Below the pieces are notes generated by a model, which was given only the letters and a program-made list of their open reading frames with translations, ran no database searches and was not told the origin of the DNA. This document shows, one piece after another, positions 10,821 through 22,506 of a DNA stretch of 49,416 nt. Numbering within the stretch: position 1 is the stretch's first letter; each line of letters starts with the position of its first letter. The stretch is from Chiloscyllium plagiosum (lineage: Eukaryota), in NCBI RefSeq assembly GCF_004010195.1, contig NC_057750.1:3950381-3999796 (forward strand). The letters are read 5' to 3'. The translations under genes and the position numbers were made by a program.

Positions 10821-10868
10821 GCCTTTCGCACTGATGCCTCCCCCTCCCAGTGCAGTTACCACACGTAC

Positions 10869-11109
10869 CGGACGGCAAGCTGATCCGGTTTCCGTCCTTT
10901 AGTTTTAATCGGCTTTTCTTGAAGTTCCCTTTGCGCTTTTTGACTTTGGGTTTCTCCTGATACAGCTGCCGCATGATGATGTTCAGTTCCCGCTCCACAA
11001 TATCGATCTCCCGTTCAGCAAGCTCCTGCTCCCGCCTCCGCAGCACCTCCTCATGGTTCCTCTGCTGAATAGCAGCCCTGCTCAGCTCCTCCTCCCAGCT
11101 CCGCAACTC
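10869..11109 (-). CDS. MAP3K10: MAP3K10 coding exon ~5, 241 nt: leucine zipper, basic region and first half of CRIB
   Basis: TACCAG| acceptor and G|GTACGT donor. Encodes [80 protein letters not shown]. Confidence 0.95.
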
Positions 11110-11119
11110 CTGGTACACG

Positions 11120-11130
11120 GGGAGAGAGAG

Positions 11131-11160
<30 letters not shown>
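11120..11160. repeat. (GA)n microsatellite, forming the (CT)n polypyrimidine tract of the exon-5 acceptor
   Basis: Seen directly; lies about 10 nt from the AG at 11110-11111. Confidence 0.95.
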
Positions 11161-11164
<4 letters not shown>

Positions 11165-11226
11165 TAGAATATTCTTTACTGTCCCATGTACTTCATCATA
11201 GCAGTGCAGAGGAAACATTTTACAAT

Positions 11227-11452
11227 TCTGGATGTAGGTTTGCTCGCTGAGCTGGAAGGTTCATTTCCAGATGTTTTGTCACCACACTAGGTAACATCTT
11301 CAGTGGGGCTCAGGCAAAGCTTCACTCGGGGGCCCACTGAAGATGTTACCTCGTATGGTGACAAAACATCTGGAAATGAACCTTCCAGCTCAGTGGGCAA
11401 ACCTGCATCCAGAACCTCAACCTGAGCTACAAATCTTCTCAAAATTCGCTAA
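11227..11452. mobile_element. Palindromic PLE family-B insertion with decayed hammerhead cores
   Basis: Inverted arms ttctggatgtaggtttg...catcttcagtgg and ccactgaagatg...caaacctgcatccagaa. Confidence 0.72.
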
Positions 11453-11803
11453 CGCTTTGACAATGTCTGCCTTTTATGGCACCATCTTAGGTACAAGTAT
11501 CTGGGACAAATCTTGGATATAACAGAGGAATAAAAAGTAGTTGCATTACTTTACAGAATTTAAAAAGCAAGTTAGAAATAAGACATCGTTAAAGGATAGA
11601 CATTATGGCCAGGTAAAAAAAATCTCACATAAACCTGGCATCGCAGCAGCTCAGCACAGGGGTTACTGCCCGTGTCCTGACACTCCCTCCACCAGACTCC
11701 AGTCCAACAGCCATCCCCGCTCTGCTCCAAGCCCCAGTCTGATCCGCACAGCACTCAGCCGCTCCAAACGTCCAGGACTGCCTCCCCGCACCCTTCTCCC
11801 CAC

Positions 11804-12256
11804 GGGACTCGCTCCCCGTGACCCGCTCCGGGACTCGCTCCCCGTGACCCGCTCCGGGACTCGCTCCCCGTGACCCGCTCCAGGACTCGCTCCCCGTGAC
11901 CCGCACCGGGACTCGTTCCCCTTGACCCGCTCCAGGATTCGCTCCGTGTCCCACTCCAGGCCTTACACCCCACTTCGGGACTCGCTCCCCCCGCCCCGTT
12001 CCGGGACTCGCTCCCCCCGCCCCGCTCCAGGATTCACTCGTGTCCCACTCCAGGCCTTACACCCCACTTCGGGACTCGCTCCCCCAGCCCCACTCCGGGC
12101 CTTCGATCCCACTCCGGGACTCGCTCCCCGTGCCCCACTCTGGGACTCGCTCCCCCAGCCCCACTCTGGGACTCGCTCCCCCTGCCCCAGTCCGGGACTT
12201 GCTCCCCCTGCCCCACTCTGGGACTCGCTCCCCACTCCGGGACTCGCTCCCCGTGC
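11804..12256 (+). repeat. GC-rich 26-bp minisatellite, unit GGGACTCGCTCCCCGTGACCCGCTCC, about 17 degenerate copies
   Basis: Period 26 read directly (11804, 11830, ...). Confidence 0.93.
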
Positions 12257-13763
12257 CTGACGCTGCTCTGGGACCCGTCGTCCAAGAGAAGAGATGTTAG
12301 GGGAGGGGATAGGGCTGTGCTGAATCTGGGGTGGGAGTGGGGTTGCACCCTCTGTACCCGTCCGATGCTGTTAGCGCCCCTACCTCTGAGCCAAGCGGCT
12401 GGGGTTCAAGTCCCACATGCTCCATTGGTGTTTCAAAATATCACAGAGGGCCCGCTGTGGCACACTGATAGTGTCCTTAACCATGGACTAGGAGGCCCAG
12501 GATTCAATAACAATCCAGAGGGCCCACTTGTGATACAGTGGTCATGTTCCTACTCCTGGACTGAGAGGTCAGTCCCACCTGCTCTGTTGGTGTTCAATAA
12601 CATCTCAGAACAGGTTGACCAGAAACTCCCAACATGAGGAGGAATGTAATATGGAGTCTGCACCTCCAGGATAGGGTGGTGATGGGAGTCTGGTTGCGAT
12701 GTTATTCGGAGGGGCAGTGTGGACTCGATGGGCTGGATGGATGGAATAAGGTCCAAAACAAAGGCGTTAAATGGAGGCGGAATTAAACCTGCGCACTTCA
12801 GTGATGTTATCATTGCCGCTCTGCAACTCCGGAGCTGCTAAATTTGTTGGCAATCCCCAGTGCAATGCTGTGGTGAGTCAGTATTTATAATTGTTTGGAA
12901 GAAGAAAAATTAAAAATGCAAGGTTTCATCTCCTGAGCAGCCAACACTGGGAATTGACGCCAGTTTAGCTCAACATCTTTGAATCATAACATACTGAATC
13001 ACAACAAAAACTGCTGACTCAGGTTAACCATATCATGAGGACGGAGCTAAAGGAAGCCTCAGTGAGTGTCTACAAAAATGTTAAAATCTCAAATTACGTT
13101 CCAGAATTCGAGTGGTGGAGAATGGTTCAATCCATCATGGCTCCATTTAATGACCATCACTCTCCTGGATCTGCCAGTACATTAATAATCCCATTGCTTC
13201 CCCTCTCATGACATCCAGCCTGGTGATGCAATACTGGTGATAATGGATTACAGTCATAGAGTCACGCAGCATGGAAACAGACTGTTCAGTCCAACCAGTC
13301 AATGCTGACCATAGTCCCTAAACTAAACTAGTCCCCCCTGCCTGCTCCTGGCCCACATCCCTCCAAACCCTTCCTATTCCTGTACTTATCCAAATGTAAC
13401 TGTACCCATGTCCACCATTTCCTCTGAAAGTTCATTCCACACACACATCACCCTTTATATAAAGATCACCCTTTATATAAAACAAAAATGGACCCTCGTG
13501 TTTTTTAAAATCTTTCTCTTCTCACCTTAACAATATGCCCCCTCATTTTAACATTCCCCACCCTAGAGAAAAGACACCTGCCATACACCTTATCGATACC
13601 GCTCATGATTTCATGAACGTCTAGAAGGTCACCGCTCAACCTTCGATGCTCCAGTGAAAAAAGTCCCAGTCTATCCAGCCTCTCCTTATAACTCAAAACT
13701 TCCATTCCTGGCAACATCCTGGTAAACATTTTCTGAACTCCCTCCTGCTTAATAATATCCTTC

Positions 13764-14802
13764 TGTTATGAAGATGTGGGTGTACCTCTAAGAGAGTTAA
13801 AAGCAGCAGAACTAGGGGACCCAGCACCAAATATACTCACAAATGTTAACAATGTGACACTGGGTCAAACCACTCGATTAGTTTGTTGCTTGGAGACAAA
13901 CAAACAAATTTGAAATCGGCCAATCAGTTTAAATTATACCCAAAACATATCAATCTCCAATCAAGTTTGATTTGGAGATGCTGGTGTTGGACTGGGGTGT
14001 ACAAAGTTAAAAATCACACAACACCAGGTTATAGTTCAACAGGTTTTATTTGGAAGTACTAGCTTCCAGAGCGCTGCTCCTTCATCACATGGTTGTGGAG
14101 TACACAGTGTAAGACACAGAATTTATAGCAAAAGTTTACAGCGTGATGTAACTGAATTTCTATATGCTATAAATTCTGTGTCTAACAATCTAATACTCCA
14201 CAACCACCTGATTAAGGAGCAGTGCTCCAAAAGCTGGTGCTTCCAATTAAACCTGTTGGACTAGAACCTGGTGTTGTATGATTTTTAACAATCAAGTTTG
14301 AATTGAGTATATTGACAATCTTAAAAATCAATGATACAACCTGATGCTCTGGAGTATAAGACTGGGGAAAATTGAACAGTTGAGGGGAGATCTGCCTACA
14401 ATATAAGAGACTCCTTGAAAAAATCTCTCTCCTAAAAGTCCCTTTTCGATCAATAACCTGTAATGCAGAAATTCCTAACAGGGAGAAAAGATGTCACTGG
14501 GAGATCCGAAGCCAAGAACCTATAGCTGCATGGTTTTGAGATAAGAAATGTTGTTTTGTAAATTTTAATTGGGAGTTGTATTGGACTAGTAATATAGAAG
14601 GGAAGATAAAATTTAGGTTAGAGAAAGAAATTGTAAATAGTGGTTAGTTAATGATTCTCTGTTATACTTTAAGAAATAAAGTTGTTAATTTTTACTTGAA
14701 TTAGTTCTTGGCCACTCGATTTTTACAGATTACTGCACGGGATAAATCTTTTCTGTGTTGCTGGTTTTAAATTAAGCAGGAGGGTTTACCCTGTGATGAA
14801 CA
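13764..14802 (+). mobile_element. Solo LTR (about 700 bp excluding the nested PLE)
   Basis: TGTTATGA...TGATGAACA termini, 4-bp TSD cttc/gttc, TATA-like gtataag near 14354, AATAAA near 14675; cleanly interrupts the CR1. Confidence 0.78.
13971..14288. mobile_element. Palindromic PLE family-C insertion inside the LTR
   Basis: Exact 13-bp TSD caatcaagtttga at 13958-13970 and 14289-14301; inverted arms; degenerate cores (cacctgattaaggagcagtgctccaaaagctggtg). Confidence 0.8.
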
Positions 14803-16097
14803 GTTCCAAATAACAGGGTGACCATAACTGGACACAGCACTCCATAAATGGCCTTACCAACATCCTGTACCACCTCAACATGATGTCCCAACTCCTATAC
14901 GCAAAGGTCTGAGCAATGAAGGCAAACGTGCTAAATGCTTTCTTAACATCCTGTCTACCGGTGATGCAAACTTCAAAGAATTATGTACCTGAGTCCCTAG
15001 GTCTGTCTGTCTACAACAATGCCCAAGAATCTACTTTTAATTGTCTAAGTCCTGACCCCTATTTGTTTTGCCATAATGCAGCACCTCGCATTTATCTAAA
15101 TTAAACTCCATCTGCCACTCCTCAGCCCATTGACCCATCTGATCAAGATCACTCTGTAATAGAGTAAATCCAGGGGCCAGGGCTAATACACTGGGGTCAA
15201 GGGGCTGAAATACTGCACCAGCTGTTGGTGGTATTTAAATTCAATGAACAAATCTGGAATTGAAAGCTAGCCTCAGTGACGCTGACCATGAAACACAGGA
15301 ACAGTTAGCCTGGCAGGCATGCCCTGGTATTCAACATAGTGAATGTCTTTTATTCACCCCAACCCCATAATCCTGTACTCCACTGGTAATCTATCAATCT
15401 CTGCCTTAAACATCCTCAAAGACAGCCATCTGTGGCACAGAATTTCACATCCCTCTGAGTGAAAATCTTTCTCCTCCTGTTGGACCTAAGTGCCATCCTC
15501 CTGACTTTGACATTTACCGCTCGTTCTAGGCCCCCCATTCGGGGGCCGTAATCCTACCAGCTTCCCCCCCAATCTATCCCTTCAAGTATTTTGCAAATTT
15601 CAGTGAGATCGCCTCTCATTCTTTGAGATTAAAGGTCCAGCAACTGTGTAAGAATAAAACGATCTGTTTCATTCATGTTCTTTAGGGAAGGAAATCTGCC
15701 ATCCTTACTCTGTCTGGCCTATGTGTGACTCCAGACCCCAACGTTGTGGTTGACTCTTACTTGCCCTCTGAAGTGGCCCAGGAGACCATTCAGTTCAGGG
15801 GCAATGAGGCAACAGCTGTCGGCCATGCTGGTGACACCTATATCTCATGAAATTATAAAGAAGAGTCAATGATGACTCTTGGCGATGGACCATCATTCAG
15901 TAGTCAGGCAATCTCATGACGGAAGATGGATTTACCAACTCGATGACGTTTAGGACTGCAGATGCTGGAAGCCAGAGTCAATAGATGTGAAGCTGGAAGA
16001 GCACAGCAGGTCAGACAGCATCCGAGGAGCAGGAGAGTCAACGTTTTGGGCCAAAACCCAATGAAGGGTTTCGAGGGATAAGGGCCAAGTGCTGGCA

Positions 16098-16597
16098 NNN
16101 NNNNNNNNNNNNNNNNNNNNNNNNNNNNNNNNNNNNNNNNNNNNNNNNNNNNNNNNNNNNNNNNNNNNNNNNNNNNNNNNNNNNNNNNNNNNNNNNNNNN
16201 NNNNNNNNNNNNNNNNNNNNNNNNNNNNNNNNNNNNNNNNNNNNNNNNNNNNNNNNNNNNNNNNNNNNNNNNNNNNNNNNNNNNNNNNNNNNNNNNNNNN
16301 NNNNNNNNNNNNNNNNNNNNNNNNNNNNNNNNNNNNNNNNNNNNNNNNNNNNNNNNNNNNNNNNNNNNNNNNNNNNNNNNNNNNNNNNNNNNNNNNNNNN
16401 NNNNNNNNNNNNNNNNNNNNNNNNNNNNNNNNNNNNNNNNNNNNNNNNNNNNNNNNNNNNNNNNNNNNNNNNNNNNNNNNNNNNNNNNNNNNNNNNNNNN
16501 NNNNNNNNNNNNNNNNNNNNNNNNNNNNNNNNNNNNNNNNNNNNNNNNNNNNNNNNNNNNNNNNNNNNNNNNNNNNNNNNNNNNNNNNNNNNNNNNN
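16098..16597. other. Assembly gap, exactly 500 N (likely a placeholder size)
   Basis: N run seen directly; both flanks resemble LINE 3' tails. Confidence 0.99.
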
Positions 16598-16716
16598 GCA
16601 CTGAGTCAAAATATTCAGAGAGCCAGTAGAGACCTGATGGGCCAAATGGCCTCCCTCCACATTGTAACAACTCTGCTATAAACACATAGTACAGGGGAGT
16701 CCAGACAGGATGGCAT

Positions 16717-16947
16717 GGGAATGGCCAGTGTCTGAGAGGGACTGAGACGGGAATGGCCAGTGTCTGAGATGGACTGAGACGGGAATGGCCAGTGTCTGAG
16801 AGGGACTGAGATGGGAACGGCCAGTGTCTGAGATGGACTGAGACGGGAATGGCCAGTGTCTGAGAGGGACTGAGACGGGAATGGCCAGTGTCTGAGAGGG
16901 ACTGAGACGGGAATGGCCAGTGTCTGAGAGAGACTGAGACGGAATGG
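16717..16947 (+). repeat. 32-bp minisatellite, about 7 copies, unit GGGAATGGCCAGTGTCTGAGAGGGACTGAGAC
   Basis: Period 32 read directly. Confidence 0.96.
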
Positions 16948-17098
16948 GACAACATTCATAGAGGTGAACATCGGCACACCCAGTGATGGAGAGGACTCAG
17001 CTATTTGGAAAAGCTGGAATATTTAGTCATTATCCCCCAGTTCCTTTTTGGAAGCACTAGCCTTTGCCAGAGTTGGTCCGGCTCCCATGTCCCTGTTA

Positions 17099-17329
<231 letters not shown>

Positions 17330-17545
17330 TCAATCTCATTGTAAGGGGCAGCACTTCACTCAGTCTAACACAACCTTCATCCTCACTTGTCTTTGCAATG
17401 AAAATTCTTTCGCTGAAGATTTCCTAACAATTAGTCCACAAGAGGATAGACATTCTGGTCCCATCAGCCTATCCCGGGGCTTCAGAAGCTGATCATCTAC
17501 ATCACACATATCCCATCACACTCACACACACACTTAACCAAGCTT

Positions 17546-18275
17546 ATGATTTGGAGATGCTGGTATTGGACTAGGGTGTACAAAGTTAAAAATCACACAA
17601 CACCAGGTTATATCCAACAGGTAACTGGAAGCACTAGCTTTCGGAGCGATGCTCCTTCATCAGGTGGTTGTGGTGCTCCAAAAGCTAGTGTGCTTCCAAT
17701 TAAACCTGTTGGACTATAACCTGGTGTTGTGTGACACACGCACACACACACTCTCTCTCTCAGGTGCACTCACACTCGCACACTCAGTCTGTCACTCCTA
17801 CATGTGCACGCATATAAGCTTATGGGGTGAATTTGTTTTTGCAGAATTGCATTTTATTTTGCTCAAGAACTGCATGAATCCATGTAAAGCTCTGTAAAAC
17901 TGTGCAGAGGGTTTGTCAGCCTGGCATAGCATTGGGACACAGACAGACTTCACACCTACTGTTTAAAAAACTGAGCTACCTTGAGAATGTAATTTAAAAG
18001 AAGTTCTGGGATTTACATATCAAAGAACAGAAACCAGCATATCCCATTCTAAAAGATGGAAGTTTTAATCTAAGATTGTTTACTGTGTCACATCCCCATG
18101 ACACTGGACTCCTTTGGCTATAGATTCTGTGAGCATGATGTTAACCTCCACAATCATCTGATCAAGGAGCAGCACTTCGAAAGCTAGTGCTTCTAAATAA
18201 ACTTGTTGGACTATAACCTGGTGTGTGATTTTTAATTTTGTCCACCCCAGTCCAACACTGGCCCCTCCACGTCAC
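17546..18275. mobile_element. PLE family-C element with an inverted terminal repeat and a 3' region
   Basis: Termini tttggagatgctggt...aatcacacaacaccaggttata and its inverse ending near 18270; three hammerhead-like cores, one intact. Confidence 0.75.
17632..17666 (-). ncRNA. Minimal type-I hammerhead ribozyme motif (PLE-derived)
   Basis: Minus strand reads CAC-CUGAUGA-A-GGAGC-AUC-GCUCC-GAAA-GCUA-GUG: intact core, stem II, palindromic stem III (AGCU) and stem I CAC/GUG. Confidence 0.7.
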
Positions 18276-19467
18276 ACCTACAACATGCTTGAGTTCTTGG
18301 AGGAGGCGACAAGACGGATTGAGTGAGGGAAGGGCAGTGAATGTTGTCCACATGGATTTGACCAGGAGGTTGCGTGGTATGGGGGATTTTAACTATGAGG
18401 AAAGGTTGGTCAGACTGGGTTTGTTTTCAGTGGAACATAGGAGATAGAGGGATTACCCTATCGAAGTTTATTCGATTGCGAATGGCATGGATGGAGTGGA
18501 AAGTAAGAGGTGTTTTTCCCCCCAGGGTGGAGGGGTCAATTATTGGGGGACACAGGTTCAAGGTGGGGGGAGGGCAAGGGAGTTGGAACGTAAGTTTAAA
18601 AAAAGGTTGTTTTTTTTCATACAGAAGGTAGTATGTGCATGGAACGTAGAGGTGGTGGTAGGAGCAGATTCAAGGAGCACCTGGACAAACATATGAATAG
18701 GAAGTGAATAGAGGGATATGGATCCTATAAGTGAAGGCAGTTTCAGTATGGAAGGGCAAAATGTGTTGACACAGGCTCGAAGGGCCTGTTCCTGAGCTGT
18801 ATTGTTCTTTGTTTTTTGACTTTAGTAAGGCATTTGAAAAGGTACCTCATGCCAGGGTGAACTCGCTCGATGGATACAAAACTGGCTTGGACACAGAAGG
18901 CGGGGAGTAGCAGTGGAAGGGTGCTCTTCGGAATGGAGATCAGTAACTGGTGGTGTTCCGCAGGGATCAGTACTGGGACCTTTGACGCTTGTAAATTATG
19001 TTTTGTTATAAACAATATCGCAAAGCCCAAAAAGCCTTTTTATAAGACAAGCGTTTACAATCATTTTCAGCCAGGAGTGCGGAGTGAAGGTTCCACCCGG
19101 CATCATCTTCAGCATCACTGATACCCGTCCCAAGCTATTCTGTGTTGTCTGAAGAAATGTTGAAGGCGTGTGCTGTCAAGAATAAAACAGGACAAATCCA
19201 ACCCAGCCAATTACTGCCCCATCAATCCAATGCTGAGTCGCAGCAAAGTGATGGAAGGTATCTTCAGCAGTGTTGACAAGTGAAAATTACTCAGCAGGAG
19301 CTGGTTTACTGATGCATATGTACACACTGAGGGTTTCATCAGGATCCCTCAGATTCCTGACACTCCCTCCCAGTCAGCACACTGAGTGTCCCTACGGATT
19401 GCAGTGGTTCAAGGATGCAGCTGAGGATCACATTCTAAATTAGGAAAGGGCAATAAATGCCCTCGGC

Positions 19468-19596
19468 AAAAGGGAGGACCGCAGTTGCTGGAGATCAGAG
19501 TCGAGTTTAGAGTGGTGCTGGAAAAGCACAGCAGGCCAGGCAGTATCCGGGGAGCCGGAAAATCGATGTTTCAGGCAGGAGCCCTTCATCAGGAAT
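19468..19596 (-). mobile_element. PLE family-A terminal fragment; further copies at about 15950-16060, 23510-23660, 31680-31780, 31986-32105, 47080-47298 (palindromic) and 48826-48918
   Basis: Shared gctggaaaagcacagcagg.caggcag..tcc...cga.gtttc.ggca..agcccttcatcagga; flanking repeat aatgccct. Confidence 0.75.
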
Positions 19597-21754
19597 GCCC
19601 TAACCAATCCCTCGTCTAATTCCAGGACATCAGAGGAAAATGTTACAGATATGTATTCCTGAAGCTTCGAAAGTCCACAATGGAGTTTTAAACCAGTCTT
19701 CTGACTTGAGGCTAGAAACTTAGTAAGATGTACTCATCAACAAACCTCCCTCATGGACAATTATCCCCAATCTGGCCTTGAAATACTTTGTGCACCCGAG
19801 GCAGATTCACTTTAACAATAGAATGACACGTCAGACATGTGCTGAGTGAGAGACAGAGCAGATACCTGGGTAATTTGGCACTTTTCAAGGAAGGAATATT
19901 GTCTCAGTGCATGTTCCAGTCAAATGAAGTGAAGGAACCTCATGGTGTTATGATGATCGGTGGGGGTAAAAAGTCTGTACATAGACAATATTCCTACCGG
20001 GGACAGGGACTTTGCCACCTTACTGCCCCTTTTTTTTTTTAACCCCTCCTCATCCCTCACACTAACTCACCGTCCATCCCTCAACCCCATCTACCCATCC
20101 TCCCTCACCTGTATCTCCCACTCCCAGACCTGATCTGGATAAGGAGGAATTTGAAGTATGCGTGATTCCACAAACAGGGTTGTGATATGGGGACGATGGA
20201 ACTGGCGAGTTATTTGTCCAACTGTTGCTCACAGAGTGAACTGCACCCCACCGCCCCCACCCCCCTCCTTTGGTGCTTTAAGTGCCTTCATATCCCCAGA
20301 CACCCGTGTCCTCTCTGCCTTTGTGTTCTGCATTACTCCAGCTACCACTGACCTGTCCAACAGGAACCATCAAAATGACAGATTTACTTTTGTTTTTCGT
20401 GTGTGTGTGTGTGTGTATATATAGATGGAACACAATGCTCTCTCAGTGAGCCCCCACTCCCCTCCCTACGCACTCTCACATTTCCTCCCACCCAGAGAGA
20501 GAATATGTTCAGGGATATGGGGGGGAAAAGGCAGAGGAAGTGGAGCTAGTCACGTTGTTGTTGCAGACAGCTAGAACAGACACGATGGGCTGAATGGCTG
20601 TAACCAGTCTGTGATTTGTTTTCCTCCCCCCACCCCCAAGTAGAGAAACAGACCTGTGACAGCAATTAGTTCTTCTCTAATGTAACAGATCAACTTCTAT
20701 CTCAGCTTGTCCAAAGTCCTAACAGACTCATCCTTCAATAGACAGAGCCTTCACATCTCACTGGGATAGGGATTCTGAAGGTTTATGACCTGCCCGTCTG
20801 AAGTTTCTGACCCTAACAGGTTGTGACTGTTATCCTGGACGCTGGTGTGAGGGGGAGAGAGTCTAGCTCCCAGTAGACAATCTGCAACTGAGCAGCACCC
20901 CATCACAACCCAACAAAGGCACAGTTAGCGAGTGCAGCAAAACTAGAGATCAGTGCACTAAGGAAGGATGTGCATTTATATAGCACCTTTCACAACCTTC
21001 AGCCCCCCCCAACCACCAAAGCCCTTGACAGCCAATTAATCAGTTCTTCCATGATCTGATTGAACTATGGAACAGACTCAAAGGGGTTCCTACATTCTAC
21101 TTGTCTGGAGAGGAGAGGGAGCAGCTGTCCTAAATGAGGGGGCCATGAATATGAGAAAAATCATGTATAACCTTAATTGTAAATTTAGGAGAAACCTTTG
21201 TTCCCCAGAGAGTGGCAAGAAACTTACAGAATACTGAATGGCCTGTACAGAGTGGATGTTGGACAGATATTCCCATTGACCGGAGAGACTCGGACCCGAG
21301 GGCACAGCCTTAGAGTAAAGGGAAGACCCTTTGAGAATGGAGAAAAGGAGAAACTTCTTCAACCAGAGAGTGGGGAATCCACGGAATTCACTGCCACATG
21401 AGACTGTGGAAGTCAGATCATTAAGTACATTTAAGACAGAGATAGATAGGTTCTTGATTGTAAAGGAGATCAAGGGTTGTGGGGAGAAAGCAGGAGAATG
21501 GGGTCGAGAAAGTTACCAGCCATTATTGAATGGCGGAGCAGAATCGATGGGCTGAATGGCCTAATTTCTGCTCCTATGTCTTATGGTCTAATGTGGGACT
21601 CGGTCCCTAAGGGAGAGCTGGTGTCAGTACATCGAAGGGATGCAAAGTTGGGCTAGGAGACAGAGCAGATGGGCCAAATGTTTCTTTTGAATGTTTTCAC
21701 AAAACAGAAGAGCCACCTCTAGCTGCCTCACTGACAGGTTGACTAGTGACCACG

Positions 21755-21768
21755 GTTGCCATGGAAAC
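21755..21768. promoter_or_regulatory. RFX X-box-like motif GTTGCCATGGAAAC in non-repetitive intron-1 sequence
   Basis: 14-bp near-palindromic match to the RFX consensus; function not shown. Confidence 0.35.
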
Positions 21769-22214
21769 AGACTGGGTGGGGTAGGGGGGAACAAAAGGCC
21801 CCTCCTGTCCACTCTGTACTCTCCATTTCAAAAGCACCTATTTCCTGTTGGGTGTAAACACTGCTCCATTTACAAACCGGTTTTGTTATGCTGGAACACA
21901 CCTGATTGATCTAAAGGTGCCCTTGTCAAACTCACCGCAGGTTTGCGTGCGAGCATAGTTGCAATGTATACTTTATAATTTTCACTTTGTTTTAATATTC
22001 CTGATGCAATAAAATGCAATAAAAAATAATACTGTAATCTGTAGTACGCCTGTGTTGTCAAAACATTCACATGCGATTCGCCTGCTGAACTGGAAGTTGA
22101 TTGAGGTTTCTTTTTAAGAGTAGGCTGCATTGCAGTCAGCTGGGCCTGAAGACTGACAGGCTGAATGATCTTCAAAAAGATTGAGGCCAAAACACCAATA
22201 CTGAGAATAGAATG

Positions 22215-22506
22215 TTATGGAATCCCTACAGTGTGGAAACAAGCCATTTGACCCACCAAGTCCATGCTGACCCTCCGAAAAACATCCCACCCAGTCCCAC
22301 CCTACCCCTGTAACCCCGCATTTGTCATGGTAACCCACCTAACACATTGCAACATGTGACCAATCCACCCAGATCTTTGGAGGAAACCCACGCAGACAGG
22401 GGGAGAACGTGCAAACTCCACACAGACAGTCACCAGAGGTGGAATTGAACCTGGGTCCCTGCTGCCGTGAGGCAGCAGCGCTAAACACTTAGCCACCGTG
22501 CTACCC
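22215..22506 (-). mobile_element. HE1-type V-SINE (elasmobranch tRNA-derived SINE); partial copies at 22985-23180(+), 38470-38805(-), 39970-40108(-), 42168-42445(+)
   Basis: A/B boxes, V-domain tgtgtggagtttgcac.ttctccccc..gtctgcgtgggtttcc and a CR1-like tail. Confidence 0.82.

Larger units (their letters stand above)
13255..15160 (-). mobile_element. CR1 LINE split by a solo LTR (pieces 13255-13763 and 14803-15160)
   Basis: [31 protein letters not shown]; the sequence resumes collinearly after the LTR. Confidence 0.85.

Noticed and set aside
15950..16955. Long ORFs spanning N runs (also 43306-44280)
   Set aside because: Artefacts of translating assembly gaps.
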